64,000 nt of DNA from assembly GCA_965203485.1 (NCBI GenBank), contig OZ241892.1, positions 384,001-448,000 of the forward strand, given 5' to 3'. The notes below the pieces were generated by a model. That model was not told where the DNA came from. It worked only from the letters and a program-made list of their open reading frames with translations, and made no database searches. Positions 59,164 through 64,000 of the stretch are shown here, piece after piece; the first letter of the stretch is position 1; each line of letters begins with the position of its first letter. Both the position numbers and the translations under genes were made by a program. This DNA is from Longimicrobiales bacterium (GTDB lineage Bacteria; Gemmatimonadota; Gemmatimonadetes; Longimicrobiales; Gaopeijiaceae).

Positions 59164-59694
59164 GCTTGCTGCTGCTCGCGCTGGCCGGGTCGTCGTCTGG
59201 AACCTTCTGCTGCTCGTCGTCGGCCTGGGCCTGGTGGCCGCAGCGGGCGAGTCGTGGCTGCGTTGCGACACGTGCTCGTGCGAGTGCGCGACCTGACCGT
59301 CTGGGCGGTGGCCGCAGTGGGCGAGTCGTGGTTGCGGTTGCGACAGCCGTTCGCAAGATCCAGCAGGCCCATGCAATTCATGCCGGGCGTGGGCTCCCAC
59401 CTGCGTCCGCACACCGAAGTCCGCAGGACGGACGGACACTCGTTCTGGACGATGTCTCGCACAAACAGCTTGGGATTCCTGGACAGGGAGCCGCCGCCCC
59501 CCAGCTTGTCGGCGGCGAGTTGCCACGTCGTCTTCGTGGGCGATTCCTACGTTGAGGCGGGTGAAGTGCCGATCGCGCTGGACAACCGCGGCTCGCGGGC
59601 CGCATTCTTAATTCGTCGCGGGCGCTCCGCGCACGCGGTTGCCGATGCCGCGCCGACTCAGAGCCAAGACGAATCGAGAGGATGTCCCACATGA
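59164..59694 (+). pseudogene. SGNH/GDSL-family gene remnant (N-terminal part), frameshifted and truncated
   Basis: TM WNLLLLVVGLGLVAAAGESWLR in one frame; TNSLGFLD...VFVGDSYVE in another; 38-bp imperfect duplication at the switch; no C-terminal DxH. Confidence 0.6.
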
Positions 59695-62600
59695 CGAAGG
59701 CCCCGTTTGCTCGCCCGACGCGTTCGGCCGCTCGTTCGCCCTTCCGCGGACCGAAGCGCTTCCTCGCGGCGGTTCCGGCCCGCGTGTTCGCGCCCTGGGC
59801 CGTCGCGACGTTCGTTGCGGTGGCTGTCCCGGCCCGCGTCGCGGCCCAGAGTTCCGGCGCGCCCCCGCCCGAGGCCTACGCCGCGCTCGAATGGCGGCAC
59901 ATCGGACCGGAAGGCAACCGGTTCTCGGCGGCAGCGGGCGTTCCCGGGGAGCCATACACCTACTATGTCGGCGCCGCGTCGGGCGGCATCTACAAGACGA
60001 CGGACGGCGGCGTGCACTGGGACGCGATCTTCGACGACCAGCCGGTCCAGTCGATCGGCGCGCTGGCAGTGGCGGCGGCCGATCCCAACGTGGTGTGGGC
60101 GGGAACGGGCGAGGGCAAGATCCGCAGCCACGTGTCGATCGGCGAAGGCGTGTACAAGTCCGTGGACGCGGGGCGGACGTGGACGCTCGTGGGTTTGGAG
60201 AAGACGGGGCGGATTCCGCGCATCGTGGCGCATCCCGACGACCCGGACGTCGTCTTCGCGTGCGCGCTGGGCCACGCCTACGGGCCGCAGGCCGAGCGCG
60301 GCGTCTTCCGCACGACGGACGGCGGCGCCACATGGGAGCAGGTCCTGTTCGTGGACGAGGACACGGGGTGCTCCGATCTGGCCATGGACCCGTCCAACCC
60401 GCGCGTGCTGTTCGCGGGCACGTGGCAGCTCGAAATCCACACGTGGGGGCGGACGAGCGGGGGGGCGGGCGGAGGACTGCACGTGTCGCGCGACGGCGGG
60501 GACACATGGCGCAGGCTGTCGGGGCCGGACAACGGCATCGGACTGCCCGAAAAGCCGGTCGGCAAGGTGGCCGTCGCGGTGTCGCCGTCGAATCCCCAGC
60601 GCGTCTACGCCCTGCTCGAGACCGGGGACGGGATCCCCTGGGAAGGGCGCGAGACCGAGGACGGGCAGCTCTGGCGCTCGGAGGACGGCGGGGCGACGTG
60701 GGCGCTGGTCACGCGCAACCGCAACGCGATGGGGCGGCCGCACTACTATTCGCGCGTGGTCGTCTCGCCCGACGACGAAGACGAGGCGTACTTCCTGACC
60801 GCGTCGTTCGCCGTGTCCACCGACGGAGGCCGGACGCTCGACGTGGTGCCGCGTCCCCAAGCGCCCGGCGGCGACCACCACGACATGTGGATCGACCCGG
60901 GCGACGGCGACCGCATGATCGTCGCGCACGACCAGGGCCTTTCCATCTCCATCAACCGCGGCAAGACGTGGTTTCGCCAGCGGCTCACGAACGCGCAGAT
61001 GTACCACGTCACCGTGGACGACGCGATTCCCTACAACGTGCTGGGCAACAAGCAGGACGAGCCCACGTACAGGGGCCCCAGCAACAGCCGCATCATGGGG
61101 CAACGTCGCATCACCGGCATTCCGAGGGGCATGTGGCACCACGTGGGCGGCGGCGAGAGCGGCTGGGCGACTCCCGATCCGACCGATCCGAACATTGTGT
61201 GGTCTTCGGCGTCGGGGTCGGGCATGGTGGGCGGCATCGTCGTGCGCTACGAAGAGGACCGCCGCCAGTTCCGCACGGTCGAAGTGTGGCCGGAGCAGAG
61301 CCGGGGCGCGGCGTCGGGCGTGCGCTACCGCTTCGTGTGGGACGCTCCGATCCACATCTCGCCCCACGACAACAACACCGTCTACGTCGGAAGCCAGCAC
61401 GTGCACCGGACGCGCAACGGCGGGCAGAGCTGGGAAGTGATCAGCCCCGACCTGACGCTGAACGACCAAAGCCGCATGGGTCCTTCGGGCGGATTGACGG
61501 GCGACAACATAGGCGTGGAGTACGCGGGCACGGTCTTCGGCATAGCGGAGTCGCCCTTGGAGCCGGGGCTGATCTGGGCCGGCACCAACGACGGGCTGGT
61601 TCACGTCACCCGCGACGGCGGCGGCTCCTGGACCGACGTGACGGCCAACGTGCGCGGCCTGCCGGAGTGGATCGCCGTGCGCAGCATCGCCCCGTCGCGC
61701 CACGACGCCGGGACCGCGTACTTGGCGGCGGACGGACACCAAGTCGACATTCGCGACCCGCACGCGTACCGCACGCGCGACTATGGCGAATCCTGGGACA
61801 GGATCACCGACGGCATTCCCGCCAGCGCGCTCAGCTACACCAAGGTGATCGCGGAAGACCCGCAGCGCCCCGGCCTGCTCTACCTGGGCACCGAGAACGC
61901 CATCTACGTCTCTTTCGACGCCGGCGACCGCTGGCAGGCGCTGCAGAACAATCTGCCACATGCGCCCGTGTCGGGCATCGTGATCCAGGAGCGCTTCAAC
62001 GATCTGGTGGTGGGCACCTACGGGCGCGGATTCTGGATTCTCGACGACTTGGCGCCGCTGCAGCAGGCCACGTCCGAGGTGACCGCTTCGGCGTCCCACC
62101 TGTTCGCGCCTCGCGACGCCTACCGCTTCCGGCCGATCACGCCGCCCTCGGTCCCCTACAGCGACCCCACGGAAGGGCGGGACCCGGAATACGGCGCGTC
62201 GATCAACTACTGGCTGGCCGCGCCTGCGGACGATCCCCCTGCGATCGAGATCGTGGACGGCGCGGGCGACGTCGTGCGCACGCTGGCGGGCACGAACCGC
62301 GCGGGCGTGAACCGCGTGCACTGGAACCTGCGCGACGAGCCCAACGAGCCGATTCGGTTGCTCACGAGTCCCATGTACGCGCCCCACATTCGGGTGGGCG
62401 AGGAGGGCCGTCCCGCGCCCGGCGGCGCGCAAGTCGGCATCCTCATGCCGCCGGGACGCTACATGGTGCGCCTGAACGCGGCCGGGACGACCCACGAGCA
62501 GCCGCTCCTGGTGATCAAGGACCCGCACTCGGCCGGCGACGAAGCCGACATCGCGGCCCAGGTGGCGTTCCTGCGCGAGGTCCGCGACGACATCGCGGCC

Positions 62601-62993
62601 GCCGGCGAGACGGTGCGGCGCGTCGAAGCGATGCGCGTCCAGCTCGCCACGGTGGCCCGCTTCGCCGGGGACGACGATCTGGCGGGCGCGGTCGCGGCCT
62701 TGCAGGAGAAGCTGGAGTCCTTGCAGATGGAGATGGTGGACCTGCGGCTGACCGGCCAAGGCCAGGACGGCGTGCGCTTCGAGGCCAAGCTGCTGCAGAA
62801 GCTGTCGTACCTGACGCGGGGCATCTCGGTCGCCGACTTTCCGCCGACGGACCAGGAGCTGGAGGTGAAGGCGCGCCTCCGGGGGATGCTGCGGGAGCGC
62901 CAATCCGCGCTGGATGCCTTGGTGGCCGACGACGTGGCGGCCCTGAACCGAATGTTGCAGGCCCGGGGGATGCTTATCATTACGGACGGGTAG
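59682..62993 (+). CDS. VPS10/BNR-repeat (sortilin-like, glycosyl hydrolase-like) secreted protein
   Basis: WRHIGP, repeated S/TxDGGxTW Asp-box motifs, ISPDLT, GTYGRGFWILDD, GVNRVHWNLR. Confidence 0.9.
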   Translation: MSHMTKAPFARPTRSAARSPFRGPKRFLAAVPARVFAPWAVATFVAVAVPARVAAQSSGAPPPEAYAALEWRHIGPEGNRFSAAAGVPGEPYTYYVGAASGGIYKTTDGGVHWDAIFDDQPVQSIGALAVAAADPNVVWAGTGEGKIRSHVSIGEGVYKSVDAGRTWTLVGLEKTGRIPRIVAHPDDPDVVFACALGHAYGPQAERGVFRTTDGGATWEQVLFVDEDTGCSDLAMDPSNPRVLFAGTWQLEIHTWGRTSGGAGGGLHVSRDGGDTWRRLSGPDNGIGLPEKPVGKVAVAVSPSNPQRVYALLETGDGIPWEGRETEDGQLWRSEDGGATWALVTRNRNAMGRPHYYSRVVVSPDDEDEAYFLTASFAVSTDGGRTLDVVPRPQAPGGDHHDMWIDPGDGDRMIVAHDQGLSISINRGKTWFRQRLTNAQMYHVTVDDAIPYNVLGNKQDEPTYRGPSNSRIMGQRRITGIPRGMWHHVGGGESGWATPDPTDPNIVWSSASGSGMVGGIVVRYEEDRRQFRTVEVWPEQSRGAASGVRYRFVWDAPIHISPHDNNTVYVGSQHVHRTRNGGQSWEVISPDLTLNDQSRMGPSGGLTGDNIGVEYAGTVFGIAESPLEPGLIWAGTNDGLVHVTRDGGGSWTDVTANVRGLPEWIAVRSIAPSRHDAGTAYLAADGHQVDIRDPHAYRTRDYGESWDRITDGIPASALSYTKVIAEDPQRPGLLYLGTENAIYVSFDAGDRWQALQNNLPHAPVSGIVIQERFNDLVVGTYGRGFWILDDLAPLQQATSEVTASASHLFAPRDAYRFRPITPPSVPYSDPTEGRDPEYGASINYWLAAPADDPPAIEIVDGAGDVVRTLAGTNRAGVNRVHWNLRDEPNEPIRLLTSPMYAPHIRVGEEGRPAPGGAQVGILMPPGRYMVRLNAAGTTHEQPLLVIKDPHSAGDEADIAAQVAFLREVRDDIAAAGETVRRVEAMRVQLATVARFAGDDDLAGAVAALQEKLESLQMEMVDLRLTGQGQDGVRFEAKLLQKLSYLTRGISVADFPPTDQELEVKARLRGMLRERQSALDALVADDVAALNRMLQARGMLIITDG

Positions 62994-63091
62994 CAATCTG
63001 GCGGATCGCAGTGCCGCTTCCGTTCCGCCCCTTCTTCCGGCACGGATTGCGGCCCACCAAGACATGACTCAGGGGAGAGGTTGCGCGAGCG

Positions 63092-64000
63092 ATGATCAAG
63101 AAGCTTGTTCCGTCTGCACGCATGGCGGCGTTCCGCTTCGGACCGGTGGCGGCGTTGTTCTTCTTGGCCAGTTGCGGCGATTCGGCTGAACCGCCGCGGG
63201 CTACGAATCTCTCGATCAGTCCCACGAGCGTGGCGCTCTCCTACGTGGGCGAGACCTCCACCGTCGTCGCCACGGTCACTGACCAGCGCCGGCAGCGCTT
63301 CGAAGGAACCGTCAGTTGGTCGAGCAGCGATCCCGCGGTCTTCGCCGTGGACGGCGCCGGCGTCGTGACGGCGGTGGCCAACGGAACCGGGACGTTGAGG
63401 GCGTCGATCGCCGGGCTGTCGGCCGAAGCCATGGTGACGGTGCGGCAAGCGGCCGACAGCGTGGCCGTCGTGTCGGGGAGCGGCCAACGGGGGGTTCACG
63501 GGACCGCGTTGCCCGACTCGGTGGTCGTCCGCGTGCTCGATCGAGGCGGGACGGCGGTGGCCTCGGCGACCGTGGAGTTCGTACCCGGCGGCGGCGGGAG
63601 CACGGACCCGTCCAGCGCGCAGACGGACGCGGCGGGCCGCGCGGCCACGGCATGGACCTTGGGACCGGCGGCTGGAGCGCAGTCCTTGGCCGTGCGCGTA
63701 CCGGACGGCCCGTCCGCCGAAGCGAGTGCGACGGCGCTCACGCCCGCCGAGGTGGCAGATTCCGTCGAGGTCGTTTCGGGCGCGACCAGGCGCGCGGCGC
63801 CCGGCCACACGTTGGCAGTGTCGGTGCGGGTGCTGGACGAGAACGGACGGCCGGTTCCTGGGGCGCCGGTGACCTTTGCGCCAGGACAGGGGCATGGAAC
63901 GGCGTCGCCGGCGTCGGTCGCGACCGGCGAGGACGGTTTGGCGGCGACCGACTGGACGGTGGGCGGCGGCTCGGAGCCGCAAACGCTCGAGGCGTCGGTC
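63092..64000 (+). CDS. Ig-like (Big) repeat lipoprotein, 3' end outside window
   Basis: Own translation (absent from the ORF track because it has no stop): MIKKL...FFLASC lipobox, WSSSDPAVFAVDGAGVVTAVANG, SGSGQRG, TDAAGRAATAWTLG. Confidence 0.85.
   Translation, partial: MIKKLVPSARMAAFRFGPVAALFFLASCGDSAEPPRATNLSISPTSVALSYVGETSTVVATVTDQRRQRFEGTVSWSSSDPAVFAVDGAGVVTAVANGTGTLRASIAGLSAEAMVTVRQAADSVAVVSGSGQRGVHGTALPDSVVVRVLDRGGTAVASATVEFVPGGGGSTDPSSAQTDAAGRAATAWTLGPAAGAQSLAVRVPDGPSAEASATALTPAEVADSVEVVSGATRRAAPGHTLAVSVRVLDENGRPVPGAPVTFAPGQGHGTASPASVATGEDGLAATDWTVGGGSEPQTLEASV

Overview
High-GC bacterial chromosomal window. The gene set (PorX-like regulator, Sec/Tat-exported amidohydrolases, VPS10/BNR protein, SusC-like receptor, AddAB) suggests Gemmatimonadota; this is inference only. 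It is mostly housekeeping and envelope genes: ggt, D-aminoacylase, dmpA, cyoE, msbA/lpxL-like, leuB-like, thiolase/hbd/enoyl-CoA hydratase, rpsU, infA, ssb, recF-dciA-gyrB and addBA. Three accessory inserts stand out. (1) At ~11.0-16.2 kb, a lower-GC locus encodes an ECF sigma factor without an anti-sigma and a secreted HExxH metallopeptidase, followed by two tandem diverged copies of a translationally coupled pair: a secreted Cys-rich protein (CX3CX2C-X21/22-CX4CX2C) and a 6-bladed beta-propeller lipoprotein. This is the best candidate for an undescribed system. (2) A low-GC type II restriction-modification pair lies after gyrB; its nuclease carries an EcoRI/MunI-like GNAHER motif. (3) An AbiE type IV toxin-antitoxin pair lies after addA. 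Other oddities are a GT2-DUF3108 fusion, a histone-H1-like protein with a 129-bp tandem repeat, a recurring GGAACTY-N16-GYAY promoter-like motif, a frameshifted FAH gene, SGNH gene relics and a structured intergenic region. No rRNA, tRNA, CRISPR array, integrase or transposase was seen.
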